DNA of 64,000 bases from assembly GCA_965178125.1 (NCBI GenBank), contig OZ237742.1, positions 1,116,001 to 1,180,000 of the forward strand. Direction: 5' to 3'. The stretch's first letter is position 1, and the number at the start of each line of letters is the position of its first letter. Below, in pieces: positions 1-13,208 of the stretch. Made by a program: the position numbers and the translations under genes. The DNA comes from Bilabrum cf. latius (lineage: Eukaryota). The notes under the pieces were generated by a model that worked only from the letters and a program-made list of their open reading frames with translations, was not told the origin of the DNA and did not search any database.

Positions 1-1
1 A

Positions 2-3000
2 GAAGCAGAGCCACTCGATTCAGAGCTAACGAACGGTGTGCTGTGCACTGAACGCGCAAGCAACGTGTGCGTGCCGCCACTTGTTGGCACGATCGGGGTT
101 GCGGATGCAGCAACTGACTACAGCGAGGCAAAGACGGGCAGCTGGCGCAGCTGCGGCCTACACAAGCTAGATTGTCGCAATAATCGCCCAAGCATATCCC
201 TAGGAACGCAAATCTGCAGCAAGTATGGCGCAGTATGCGGTTTTGATGGTTTGCCTGCATTCTTCCGGTTTTTTGTCCAGCCGTTGCGACCAATGCGGGC
301 GACCTCGAACCCTGGTTTCTGCGTCCAGTAGCCGCTCTCAAGAGCGGTGATACGAATGTAGTATGATTCCTCCGAAGAAACATTTCCACATGGTAACCTG
401 GAGGAAGACTCTGGGAGGGGTATCCTTGCGTACTCCGCTGCCAGGCAGCTTCGCGAGCAGGCCAAGCGAGACTGGGTGCGCGGGGCGATGAACCGTGTGT
501 TTACTTTGGTCGGATAGGGAAGAGCTATTGATCAGGAGCAGGATTTTCTTCGATTTTTCCTCTGCTGTGTCACAATACTATCCGTGGTGATGACTGCCAG
601 TGAAACCCTCGTCAGGATGCACGACGCCAGGTCAACTCTATGCCCAGAGCTCGCCGCAGACCCAGCCTCCCCAGGCAACGCGTCCGTCGCTGTACTTGAG
701 TCCGAGTGTGATAGTCGCGTGAGCGGCGTGCAGTGGTGGTGGCCGTCGGCAGAAGTGCCGATGCACGAGCTGCTCAGGGTTGCGTTTGCGGTAGAAGTGC
801 TCTTCACGGTAGTTGCGCTGATCGAGTACGCCTTGCGAATATGGTCCAGCCCAGTACTGTTTGATAGTAGATTCGACATTTCTGCAAACCGCGCGGCGCT
901 GCTCTCGGCGACGCACCTTAAGCGCTGGTGCAAGTGCTACGACATGCGGTGGTGGTGCGCTCTGCGGTGCTCCAAGTGGTGCGGCCCGTGGTGCTCGGTC
1001 CGCTGGTTCGCGCCCGTTTCATGGAACGAACTGGTCCGACCCGGCGCCTTCGTCGCGCTGTCTCCGCCGCAGACGAGCCTTCTGATCAAGTCGGAGGCGG
1101 AGCGGCTCATCACCGAGGGGGCCGGCCTGCCAGTGGGTGAGTATGACGAGAGCCTTCAAGTTGGGGCAGGGGGTCCCGGGATCGGGATCGGGGACAAGGC
1201 GGCCGGGTCGTCCACGACCACCCGCCCGATTGCTATCCCCAGCAGGAGTGTGACGAGTGGGAGGCGCCGGGACTCCCATCTCGGCCCGGAGGCGCGGAGG
1301 GCGCTGGTGGCCCAGATCACCGGAGTGAAGGATGAAGATAGCGACGGAACTGGCAGCGAGTCTGAGCGGAACCGCGGGGGGTCCATCAGCGGCGGCGGAG
1401 GGAACAATCCCAGCAGCCGGTCGGAGTGGGTGGTGGTCGAGGCCAAGGAGAAGGCGAGCGGGAGCAGCCTGGCGCGTCTCAGGGGCCAGGAGCAGGTTCT
1501 CCACAGGGGGGCGGCTCCGAGTCCCGTGCAGAGAGCCGTTGAGATGGCGACCGCGGCGAGGATCCAGGAGGCCTTGCAGAGGGCGGGGGACCGGACCGGT
1601 GGCGGTGTGACGAGTGCGAGGCGCGCCCCTGGGCTGTCTCGGGAGGGCTCGAGGAGGCGCTCCACGATGCCTCCCAAGCAAGGGGGCGCTCTGCTGGGCT
1701 CTGGTGGCTCTGGCGGCGGTGCGGGGGCGGGCGGCCAGGGTGCCTCAAGTGGGCGGGGCGGTGCTGTGGGCAGGGGTTCCAGGCTGCAGGCGGGCACGGG
1801 GTCCCAGGAGGAGCTTACTGGGGAGGTGCGGGAGGCGGCTGCGGCTGCTGCTGCGGGGACTGCGGCGAGCGGCGGCAGCAGCAGCGCCACGACGGCGAAT
1901 CCGCTGCTGGGTCGATCGGCCAGCGATGGGCACCGCGGCGATGGAACACATCGAGGCGGTAACGACCCCTGGAACGAGGTCCCCGCTTTGACCAGTGGAC
2001 AAACCGGTAGGGCCCGCAGCACCAGCATGGAAGGCAGAGAAGCCGCCGCGCTCCGAGTGGTCGCAAAGCGGCCCCGCACCTCCCTACCCCGTCAGTCCAG
2101 CGGGCGCTGGGCCATGGGGCGCATCATGCTGGAAGAGGAGGACGCCGACACCTCGGGGCGCAGGCGCACCACCGGCCCCGTGTCGCCCTCCCACCGCGGG
2201 GGCAGCCCCACGCCCGCGGGCGCGCGGGGGAACAGATTCTCCTTCGGGGGTGGTGCCGGAGGTGAGCTGGGGGAGGAAGAGGAGGACCCACAGGCCGCAG
2301 CCGTGGCCAAGCAGCTGTCTCCCCTCATGGATGCCCTGCTGAAGCGGCTGCCCGCCGGCGCTGTGGTTGCCTCGAAGGACGAGCTGGACGACGGGCTGCC
2401 GATTGCTTTGGCTGCGGCCTCGGCAGAAGCGGCGGCTGCCCCGATGAGCGTGAACTCCCCGTTGCCAAGGCAGGCGCTGATCGCCGCCGCGAGGCGCCGT
2501 CGAGAGTCGCAGATGCTGCCCCAGCCCGGGCGCGGGTCAGCTGGGGGTTCGGATGCATCGAGCCACGGATCGGCGGAGAGCGGGGGATGGGGGGGTGTGC
2601 CGTCGGGGTCACCCCTGGCACACCCCAGGGGGAAAGATGGGGGCGCCTCGGGGTCGGAAGGGGGCAGGCGCCGCCCGCCGATGCTGTCCTCCGTGGGGAG
2701 GCGTCGCAGCTCGGTGCGCGAGTTGATCGCGCAGATGCGGCCCTAGCACGCCATGCGAGAGCTGCAGCGGCGCAAGCTGGTGAAACCCTCCGCCTCCCCC
2801 GAGCTGGCCCCCATCCGTTGGGTGGAGGTGACGGTCCCGGAGGGCGAGGCCATGGGGGGCGTGTTCGGGGGGATGGACGCAGCTGCGATGCTCTCCGAGG
2901 GCGGCCTCACGGCGCAAGAGATGGAGAGCTTCAAGCGGGCCGCGGCTTCCTCCCGAGTGGCGCTGCTGCCGCGGTACACCGACATCCCGCCGGCCTCGTG

Positions 3001-3859
3001 GTTCTGGTGCAGGGTGCATTTTGCGCTCCGTTGGTTCGAGATGCTGGAGCTGCTCGCCGTCGTGCCACTGCTGGCGCTGGCATTTTCGAGCCTGCAGGGA
3101 GGAAAGGAGGGTCCCCTGACCGTATTCGGTCCTCCCGACTGGCTGGCGCCCAGCATCTGGCGGGTGGTTCGGATGGGCAGGCTGCTTCGGCTCCTGCGGT
3201 TTGCGGAGGGCGTGGAGATCCTGCAGCAGGCATTCGCGAGGAAGAGGCGAGACATGGTGACGGCTGTGCTGGTATGTGCCCTGACCGCTTCCGTGCTGGC
3301 TGTGGCGCTCTACATCGCCGAACAGGAGGGCCCCACGGGGGACAAGATGAAGTTCTTCAGCATACCAGAGGCCGGGTACTTTAGTGTGTCGCTGCTCACC
3401 ACCGTCGGCTTCGGTGACGTCACTGCAAGGTCGCTTGCGGGTCGCATGATCTCCACCATCGGGGCTCTGATGGGCATCGGGCTGTTCACGCTGCCTGGGG
3501 CGACGCTGGCCCGGGGCTTTTAGGAGACGACAGAGGCGGCGGAGCGGGCCCAACGGGAGGGCATGGATCAGCTGCGGGTCACCCTCAGGCGCATCGCACT
3601 GCGGCAGGGGTTCGGACGGTGGGTGACGAGTGTGCGGTCCAAGGCGGACGAGGGCGCGTTGGGCGAGGCCGGGGTCCTGGCCACGAATGGGGGCAGGGCA
3701 CTCGACCCCGAGGCGGCCCGCGCGGCGAAGAGGAGGAGGCTGGCGGGGCAGCTGGTGCAGCTGTGCGGCGGTGACGTCAGTGTGACCCTCCGCACCTTGG
3801 CTGCTGCTCGCCGGGTCATTTCGGTCGAGTAGGAGAGGACCAGCGCGCACCAGAGCTAA
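2..3859 (+). CDS. Voltage-gated (Kv-type, 6TM) potassium channel, 5'-partial, with a very large low-complexity insertion; TAG read as Gln
   Basis: One frame is open from base 2 to TAA 3857-3859 apart from TAGs at 329, 359, 515, 2744, 3521 and 3830. S4 motif RVVRMGRLLRLLR, selectivity filter LLTTVGFGD, S6 GIGLFTLPGATLARGF(Q)E. Confidence 0.85.
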
Positions 3860-3900
3860 GCGTGGGACGGGGGTGGGACACGGGTGGGGGGGCAAGCCTT

Positions 3901-3995
3901 GCCGTGCCGTGCCGTGCCGTGCCGTGCCGTGCCGTGCCGTGCCGTGCCGTGCCGTGCCGTGCCGTGCCGTGCCGTGCCGTGCCGTGCCGTGCCGT
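3901..3995. repeat. (GCCGT)n pentanucleotide microsatellite, ~19 copies
   Basis: Perfect tandem GCCGT run just downstream of the K+ channel stop. Confidence 0.97.
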
Positions 3996-4538
3996 GCTCG
4001 GCGTGCTGCGTCTGCTGATTCTGCAACGCCAAGATTGGAGTGTATGTCGAAAACGCGAGACTGCGTGGTGGCTATGTGGTCTGTAGAAGAAAATCGCGGT
4101 GGCTTGGTGGTCTGCGCGTCTCAAGATTCCGCGAATGTTCGGGGAGACTCCGTCGGATTGGGGAACGGCGCCGCGCACGGATCGCCGGCGGCGGTTGGGA
4201 AGTCGGCTAAAGTGCTTGTGGCAAGGTTTTTCATGAGTAATTTCTCGGCACACTCATATGCTGTGTAGTCGAGTATTATGATCAATGAGTGCGAAACACA
4301 GTTGGCGCACGGAGACTTCCAAACAGTCCAATCTCGCTCCGTTCTCCAACCCGCCACGGCCACCCTTGTTCGAGGGGTTCACGAAGGTTCTACGCGACTG
4401 GCGCCGCAGGCGCATCCGGCACAAAACAGCAGCAACTTGAGCATCCTCGCTTGCTGAGTCGATTTCAAGCAATTTACAACAGGTGCAACCTGTGCTGAGG
4501 AGTGCAGTTGCATTGCGTAGCCGATTGATAGAACGAGC

Positions 4539-7500
4539 ATGTCGGTTGTGAGGGTGGCAACATGCAACCTCAACTAGTGGTCTCTGGACTTCAAGGGAAA
4601 CGTTTCTCGCATCAAGGAATCCATACAAATCGCAAAAAGAAAAGGATGCACGTACCGCCTTGGGCCTGAATTGGAGATTCCTGGGTACGGCTGTGAGGAC
4701 CACTTCTTGGAGCACGATACATTCGTGCATTCCTGGGATGCCCTCTACGAGCTGCTCCCCGAAACGAAAGGTATTTTGTGTGATTTTGGCATGCCTGTGC
4801 TGCACAAAGGTGAGAAATTTAGGCTTTGGCTTCCAGGGGCGTGCTACCCGAAATGACTGGTTTCGATCTGGACACACTGCACTCTGCTACGAAACTGCCC
4901 CGCAGGCGTCAGGTATAACTGCAGAGTATTCTGTTATAATGGTGAAGTACTTTTGATCCGCCCTAAGCTGCATCTCGCGGACGATGGCAACTACAGGGAA
5001 GGGCGATACTTCACGGCATGGAACTGGGAAGCGAAGCTTCGCATGATGGGCGGCACGGGCGTCCCCCTCGAAGAGACACCCCTCCCAGACACGCCAGCAA
5101 AGCGAAAGCTTAGCATCGAGCAGAAATCCACCCAGTTCGGCGTCGGCATTATCGAGTGCCTGGACGGAAGCGTCAGCTCAGAGACGTGTGAGGAGCTCTT
5201 CACGGCCCGCTCCCCCCACATCGCGCTGAGTCTGGACGGTGTGGACATCATCGGAAACGGGAGCGGGTCCCACCACCAGCTGAGAAAGCTCAACACCAGG
5301 GTGGACCTCATCTGCGAAGCCACGGCCAAGTGCGGGGGGGTGTACCTCTACGCGAACTAGCAGGGGTGCGACGGCGGCCGGCTCTACTACGACGGCTGCG
5401 CCCTCGTCTCTGCTGACGGCGTGGTGGTGCAGCAGGGAACACAATTCAGCGTCAGAGACGTGGAGGTGGTGCACGCCGCGGTGGACTTGGAGGCCTCCCG
5501 CTCCTTCCGCAGCGCGATCGCGTCGAGGGGACAGCAGACCGCCACGCAGCCGCCCGTCCCCAGGGTCAAGTGCGGCCTCAGGCTGAGCTGCCACAAGCCG
5601 GGTGAGCCCGTGCCGAACGTGTCAGACCCCGTGCGTCCGCGGATCATCGCCAACGTGGAGCGTAAGCCGGGCATGGAGATGTCTGGGAAGACGGTCACGA
5701 GACTCCCCGGCATGACTGTGGCGGGCAGGAGGCTCTTGCTGCAGAGAACCTTCGAGGAGGAGTCGCAGGGGCCCAGTAGCGGGAGCGGGGCTGCTGCCGG
5801 TGGTGCTGCTGCTACCGCAGCTGGCGCCAGCACCGGAGATGAGTCCGTGCGAGCAGCTGCCTCGGTCAAGGTGTCGGACTGGAACACGGACGAGGACGAG
5901 GAGGAGGACGCCGGGTACTCTGCGTCTTCAGACAAGGCGTACTACCACTCGCCAGAGGAGGAAATCGCCTTTGGACCTGCCTGCTGGATGTGGGACTACC
6001 TCAGGAGGAGCGGGGCCGGCGGTTTCCTGCTTCCGCTGTCGGGCGGCGCAGATTCGTCGAGCACGTGCGCTCTCGTGGGCTCCATGTGCTGCCTGGTGCA
6101 CGACGAAGCCATGCGCGAGCGCAAGAACGGCACTGAGAGGAGCGAGCACTCGGTGACCTCGGAGATCCGAAGGGTAGCACGCATCCCCGAGGATGATCCG
6201 ATCCCTGAGTCGGCGCAGGCTCTCGCCAACCTGCTCATGCACACGGTGTATCTGGGCACCGTCAACAGCAGCAATGCCACAAGAACGAGGGCCAGCCAGC
6301 TCGCCAAGCAGGTCGGCACGTGGCACCTGGAGGTGGACATCGACACCATGGTGGCCTCCGTGGTGGAGACGTTCACGGGCGGCGTGAGCGACGCAAAGAG
6401 GCCCGAGTTCTCAGTCAAGGGCGGCACTGCGTCAGAGGACATCGCGCTCCAGAACGTGCAGGCCAGGCTTCGGATGGTGTTCTCGTACGTGCTTGCTCAG
6501 CTGCTGCCGGAGCACCGCCAAAGAGTCGAGGAGAAGCAGCTAGAGCAGGGCAAGGGCGCCGGCGCAGGCGAAGGCGGTCGCGACCTGGGCGTCGAAGAGC
6601 CGCGTGCTGTCAAGGAGGTTAGCGGCATTGCAGTAGATGCAATAGAAAAAGCTGCCACCAGCGCGAGATACCTCTGCCGTCGTGCGGCGGGCAAGCCCGG
6701 CTTTCTTCTGGTGCTGGGTAGCGCCAACGTCGACGAGGGTCTGCGCGGCTACATGACAAAGTACGACTGCTCGTCTGCCGATATCAATCCCATCGGTAGC
6801 GTGAGCAAGCTGGACTTGAAGAGGTTTCTGTTCTGGGCGGGACACCACCTGTGCTACAGCTCACTCCTGGAGGTCGTGAACGCGGTGCCGACCGCGGAGC
6901 TTAGGCCGAACGTAGAAGACGACGATGGCACAGGAATGGAGGAATTAGGCTCCGGCGCATGGGGTGCAGCTGCCAAGCCAGACGAGGACAAGTCACCGCC
7001 GCCATCAGACCGCTCAATGAAGAAGGCCCGTGAACTGCTCGCCAAGTCGACGCGCCTGTCGTTACAGGCAGCGTCTACGATGATATCTCCAGATGAAGCA
7101 GCAGAGCTGGCCAAGAAGGCTGCCGAGTGCAGCAGGAAAGCGTCTGAGATTCTGTCCGGGGGTCATCACCACAGGCGAGGAGGAAAATCAAGCGGTGATC
7201 TGGGTCGGTCCCGCGGCGTGTCGGAGGCCAGCGGCGCCTCTTCCGTCGCGGCTGCTGCCGGTACAGCAGCCAAAGACCATTCCCAATCGGACGAAGACGA
7301 TATGGGCATGACGTACAAGGAGCTGGGCCGCTTTGGCAGGCTCAGGAAGATGCAGAGGTGCGGCCCTCTGGCCATGTACACTAGGCTGGTCCACGAATGG
7401 GAAAGCACGCCGCCGGAGGAGGTTGCAAGGAAGGTGAAGCGATTCTTCTTCTACTACGCCATCAACCGCCACAAGATGACGGTGCTGACTCCGTCGTACC

Positions 7501-7649
7501 ATGCGGAGAGCTATTCACCCGACGACAACCGGTTTGACCTGCGCCCGTTCCTGTACCCGGTCAAGTTCGATGCCTAGTACCAGGCTATCGACGCTGACGT
7601 GCAGCTGAGACAACAGGCGAAGGAAAGCGAGCGCTAGGGCGAGAGCTAA
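4539..7649 (+). CDS. NADSYN1: Glutamine-dependent NAD+ synthetase (nitrilase-type glutaminase + synthetase); exons 4539-4809 and 4906-7649
   Basis: Motifs ATCNLN(Q)WSLDF, GPELEIPGYGCEDHF, GVRYNCR, RPKLHLADDGNYRE, YLYAN(Q)QGCDGGRLYYDG, LPLSGGADS, LQNVQARLRMV, GSANVDEGLRGYMTKYDCSSADINPIG, NRHKMTVLTPSYHAESYSPDDNRFDLRPFLY. GT-AG intron 4810-4905. TAGs at 4575, 5358, 7575, 7635; ends TAA. Confidence 0.95.
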
Positions 7650-8337
7650 GCCGCAGACTCGAGCAGCTCAGCAGGCGGTGGTGCAGGCGGTACTGGCGGC
7701 CTTAGGATACAGAGTTCAGGTGGATCGAGCGGGGGGGGGCGCTTTTATTCGACAGGGGTCCACCAGTCCTTCTGATACAGCGCGGGCAGCAGCTCCGGGT
7801 ATGTGATACAAGCCGCACAGCTCTGTGGCTCACGCGTCGTGGTCGGTATCCCGGCGACATGGATGGTCGCTGTCTTATTCTGATTTGACCGCCAGGATGA
7901 CCTTGTTTGGCCACCTTATTACCAGGTCAGCCGCGCGGGTTATTCACAACATGCCCGGGAGAGAGTGCAAGGGACGCAATTCAAGGAGTTGGACGACTGG
8001 TTGGGCCAGACAAGGAGGGCAAAGAGCGTTGGAGGAGCAGTCCTGCGATGAGCAGGAGTCCCGGACACTGGGTCGCGAGATTAGTGGACGTTCGCTGCTT
8101 ATGGCTAGCGTAAGAGCCACTGACAGTGGCTCTTGCAGACTTCGCGCCGCGCGGGAAGCGAGTTCCACGGTTTAGCAGCATTGCGCCAGAAACAGGCGTA
8201 CAGGATGCTTGGTGCTCGGGGCATCACATTGTGTATGAAAAGATGTAGAAGCGAAAAGATGTAGAAGCAATTCGATCATGGACTCGAATAATCAAGTCAT
8301 TCAACTGCACATGATGCAAGTGAATCCGGTGCGATGG

Positions 8338-9056
8338 TCAACACTCTGTCGTCGTAGGACGGTCCCACCTCGACTGCCCGCTCGTGTGCGAGTAGAACGA
8401 TCTGCCCGTCGCCGGGTCCTTCTACTCGCTCCATCCCGCGGGCAACCCGCTCGCGATTGGCGGCGGCTGGGCAGGAGGTGGCGCGGCTGTGCCGGGTGCG
8501 TGTCCGGGCGGAGCGGCGGCACCGGCAGGCTGGGGCGCTAACTGGGGCGCTAGCTGGGGCCCCGGACCGGCGATCATGTTAAATTGTTGCGGCGCAGGAT
8601 AATGCCCCCCTGCTGACGTCACAATGACTTGTGGCTTTGCCGCCTGGGTGAAGCAGCAGCACGATGCGCAGTAGCAGATGAGCACGCCTCCGCCAATGCA
8701 CAGCGCCAGGGGAATCAGAGTTGCCGCCAGGATAACCCCGAGGATCTGCGCGAAAGAGGACTTGAAATGCGTGAAACCCGTGTCGACTGCCGTTGCCCTG
8801 GGAGATGTCATCACCGAAACACCGGCACTCTTACCTGCTTGCCATCGCACAGAACGTCCGCTTGGCAAGTAGTTAGCGGACCCAAGAAAGACGGGCAACC
8901 ACCTTCACACACGCAGTTGTATTCAAATGTAGTACATTGACTGAGGGACGAGCAGACCTTTTCTGCACCTCCAACGCAAACATCTGCGCAGCATTCTGCC
9001 CTCGCGACGTCCGCTGTCGCGAGCAACACCGCAACGTACAGCATGTATGTCGGCAT
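8338..9056 (-). CDS. Small type I membrane protein: signal peptide, Cys-rich ectodomain, TM helix, Cys cluster, Pro-rich linker, C-terminal WW domain; intron 8746-8834
   Basis: GTAAG...CAG intron joins ...DGKQ|ILGVILAATL... in phase. Reading the TAG at 8422 as Q completes LPAGWSE(Q)KDPATGRSFYSHTSGQSRWDRP (WW pattern); ends TGA. Confidence 0.75.
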
Positions 9057-9395
9057 GGATCCTTGAAGCATTGGTGGATATAAAGCTGGGTTTTACGGGT
9101 AAGTTAAAGTCCTCAAATGGGGGCGCATTGGTAAAGGGTCCGATCCCATTCAGAATCTTTGGATCCCATCGATAGATCGGATCCAGCAGATCTTCAAGAT
9201 CCCTGAAGATCAATCGAGGAAGATACCCGACACATCGTTCACATAATGCAACAAATAAGTATCCAAACATGTATTTCGACCCGAACATGGCACAATGACG
9301 ACCCAATTATACACAGTGAGCCTAGGGGCCTAGACCGATTTGGCTTTCTGGCTCCGAACATCTCTATGAACACTAGAGAGACACAAGATTCGCTC

Positions 9396-12300
9396 TCAGA
9401 ACTCGTCAATATCTTCTAAATCATCATCAACTCCGCCCAACGTTGGTCCCAAGAGCTGCTCGCCGCCCCTTGACACCCTACCTGCGTGTTCAGTCTCATT
9501 CGTGCCGGCAGCATCACCCATAGCGGGCCAATCCACCCTGCTACCGCTCATATCGATTCGATCAACGACCAAGGCGACCGGATCCTCCGCCTACCCCCCG
9601 CGGGGCTCATCGCCGGCGAGTGGAGCAGCAAGGGCACGCAGCAGCGCGGTCGCTCTCGGCCTCAGCACAGACGCAGCCACTGCACGGTCAAGCCCGCTGG
9701 TAGCAGCAGCAGCAGATGCGGCTGACCTCTTGCCCCGCCTCAAGGAACCTTCTTTACGAACCAACACCGAGGCCCGCTCCTGGAAAGAGACACCGCGGTT
9801 GGACAGCACGCACACGGCTGTCCCACCCGCCCAGTGCTTTGGTCTACCCTGATCGTGACCCGGCTAGCTGGCCAGGTCTGGTGCAGTCGGACGATCGCCG
9901 GTTGAGTCGGCCCTGGCAAATTCAACGGGTCGATCGACGGGCCCGGCCAGGCTAGCCGCGTCAAAGTCGGCCGACAGCCCCGCCAATCGCGCGGAAGCCC
10001 ACTCCGCGTTCCGTCTGGCAACTGCAGCGCACGATAGGCTCTGCGGGCGGCGGATAGGCTGGAACCCCACGCTCGCCCTCTGTACACAGTGTGCAGCCGC
10101 TGCTCTGGAAACCAGCGAATGCCCCAGGTTGTGCCCCAGGTACGAGGAGCCGCCGTCCACCGCAGTTGCCCTCGAAGCCCGCGAGCCCTGCCTGGACCCA
10201 CCCCCTCCCGACCGGTGGAACACGGCGTCGGCGTCCGCGTACACCTCGAAGCTCGCGGCTAGCTCCTCGATGCTGGCGAAGTGGGAGGGGGCTCCGTCCT
10301 GCAAGAAGGCCAGGAGGGTACCGCCCTGCAGCACAGAGGACTGGGCCACCGAGTCCGGTGAGAACTCGAGTGCGGCTCTGGCAGCATTCGCGGCGGGATG
10401 GTCCGCGAACCCGGACAGGTACTGCGCCGGCAGGCCATCCATTCGTCCTTTGGTGGCCTCGCGCATCACCACCGCCGCGCTCGAAGCATGGGGTCCGCTC
10501 GCCGATGGCTGCAGCAAGCTGCCCTATCCCGTTCCTTTCCCCCTAGGGTTGGCGCCCTGGTTGCCCTCTCCTGCGTCAAGTCTCCTGCCCCGGAGAAGCT
10601 TGCCGATGGAGTGAAGACCGTCTAGAAAATCGTCCCGCTCGCACCATGCCCCGGACGATGACGATGATGACCGCTCTTTGCGGCTTTGTCCCTCTCGGTC
10701 GGAACCCGATCTGCCTGCACTCTCTGCCCCCGACGAGGATGCGTAGCCACTGCTGGGCTCGGGCTTGCCTCCCCGACCCCCTGCAGAGTCGTCAAAGATG
10801 TCTCGCACCCTGCGCCTTCCTTTGGACGTCAGTGAAAGCCCTGCGGGGGGACGATGAGACCCCCGTCCTGCTCCACCAACGCGCCGCTCCGCCATCTGAA
10901 TCGCGGCGATGGCGTGGCGGAGGTCCCCTCCAGCGGAAGCTATGGCCATTTCGATCGCGTGATCGTCTGAATCGGTGAGATACCGCCGCGCAGGACACGA
11001 CTTGGCGTTCTTCTTGCCTGATCCCATCTGCAGCTGAAGGCTCGCGCCTCTCGCGCACGCCACGACCCGCCGCAGCGCAGCGCGCATGCGGGTGTCGGGC
11101 ACTGGCGGCGACTCGAGAATCCGCACCCCCGGCGCGTCCCTGAGGCCCGGCCCCAGCAGCTGCTCCACGCCCCGTCTCGTGGGCCTCTCGCAGTCCTCGC
11201 CCAAGCTGGATAGCACCAGCACCACGGGACACCTGGCCCTTCTTGCTGCCAGCCGCATCGCAGACCTGACTTGCTCCAGCGTGTCCTCCCCGACCCCATC
11301 CAAGCTCCTGGCACGACCACCGGAGGAGGGTGCACTGCCCCAGCGCAAGGACTTATGCACGGCGGGGGGGAGGTCCTCAATCAGGAGCACCCGGGCGCTG
11401 GGGGCCTCTTGGTGGAGTGCCACAGGCTGGGCCTGCATCGAAGCAGTGGCAACACCACCGCTGCTGCTGCTGCTGCTGCTGCGTTGTCCTGAAATGTCTC
11501 CAGAAGATCCCGCGGTTGCGTCGACTGGCACAGGCTCCGAATCCAACCCATGCAGGCTCAGCGACCTGTAGGCGCAGGCAGCGCGCACCGTCCCACAAAA
11601 GTCCTCGGTCACCGACACCTTTCCGTCCCTGCTCATGCTCCCCTGATCGCCTGCCATGCCGCCGAGCAGGCTCCTGCTGTAGCCTCCCGAAGACCCCGAG
11701 TCTTCCCACGTGGACACTTCTAGCCCGGCCTGCTCCGCGGCGACTTTGACTGCCGTTGACTTGCCCGTGCCCGGCGGCCCAAACAGAACAAGGAGCCGTG
11801 TAGATGGCCGCGGCAAGCGACTGCATCTGGGACGGGACACGAACCCGCCCGAGATAGCCATGCTTCCATTGCCTCTGTGGCCAGGGTGCAAGCCGGCTGA
11901 GCCTTGCAGGGGCTACCTGTGAGTCAGCGATCGGGGAGGCTGCGTGCCCCCCGTGCCTTGCTCCTCTGCTTCCATTGCTTCTGCGAGAGCGAGAAGGTCC
12001 TCCTTGTCCGCTTCCTCCATGGCCTCTGCAAGCGCTAGCAAATCGTCATCATCGACTTCGTCTGCACATGTGACACCTTTGGATTCTATGGGGACAGGCG
12101 AACCGCTGCTTGGTGACCCGCCCGACTCTTTGCCTACTGTGCCCGGTTGCTCGCTCAATGGCTGAGCCTATCGGCGGATGGGCGAATCCCGCACTGCAAG
12201 CGAGGGGAACTCTCCAGGTGCCAATGTATCTGTGGATGTAGCACCTCGGGCCGAGGGCGCCACTCTCGAGACGGTAGCCGATTTCCACGCGGGCTGCGAC

Positions 12301-13208
12301 AGAAACGCGCCCACGCTGGATACTCTGGACTTGTGCAGGCATAGCTGCTCCAACGTCACGGGACAGAACGAAATGTCCCACGGGTCATCAACGTTGATCT
12401 GCGATTTTCTCGGTGGGACCAGAGCCCCGCCTTGGCTACCGCTCGGCCTGCCGCTCGGTGGCCGACTGCTCGCCCGAGCATTTGCTCCGCCGCGCGCGAG
12501 CCCCGTGCCCGAGATCGACCTCGCGATTGAGGCTTGCTTCAGGGTGGATTCGGCCGATTTTTTACCTGGTATCTTCAGTTTTTTACTGTTTGGGTCGCCG
12601 TGGGCAGCAATCTAACCCGCAGGTCCAGGTGAGATGCGCCTTCGCTTTCGCGAGCCAAGCAGGTCACCCATGAAGAAGTCCAGGCCATCGCTGTCATCCG
12701 TGGTCCACGCAGAGCTGGACTATTGTGACACTCTAGTGGCAGACTTTGATGCGCCCATTTCGCGCATGCTGGTCTGTGCTGGTGTCCGGTCGCTGCGCTT
12801 CGATCCAGCGCCGGCTGAGGCAAGCACAGGTGCGAGTTCTCTCAGAGCAGGACCTTGGCCCACTGCCTGCAGTCCAAGCTGATTTGAACTCCTTCTTTTG
12901 TCCTGTGAGCTGCCGCGGCTTGTTGTTCGACTACCTTGAGGCTTGGAGTGGAGATTTGACGACAATCGCGACAACTTTCGCTTCTGAGGAAGCACTCCAA
13001 GGGAGGGACCAGCTTTCGGCGAACAGTCAGTTGATGCATCGGTGCTACCACCATCGGAATCACTCGCCGTATCAGCTTGTACTCGCTATTCTGCGGCTGC
13101 TCGCCTAGTCTGCAGCCGTGCTCGTCCTCGATTCCACGAAGAACCTGAGGAGGAATCGCTGTCGCTATCACTGCTACACAAGTCTACTACGTTATTTGCT
13201 GAACTCAT
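9396..13208 (-). CDS. RAD17: Cell-cycle checkpoint clamp loader RAD17/Rad24, ~1270 aa, intronless
   Basis: Single frame ATG 13208 to TGA 9396 with 8 in-frame TAGs. PWDISFCPVTLEQLCLHKSRV (RFC box II-like), Walker A GPPGTGKS, Walker B-like VLLIEDLP, GDLRHAI, LHSIGKLL, acidic C-terminal tail DDDLEDIDEF. Confidence 0.85.

Noticed and set aside
3816-4500. ORFs over and beside the GCCGT microsatellite
   Set aside because: RAVPC/ARHGT repeats are microsatellite translations; the rest has no recognisable motif or consistent gene structure.
7700-8300. Short ORFs between NAD synthetase and the TM-WW gene
   Set aside because: No domain motifs or clear codon bias; treated as intergenic/UTR.
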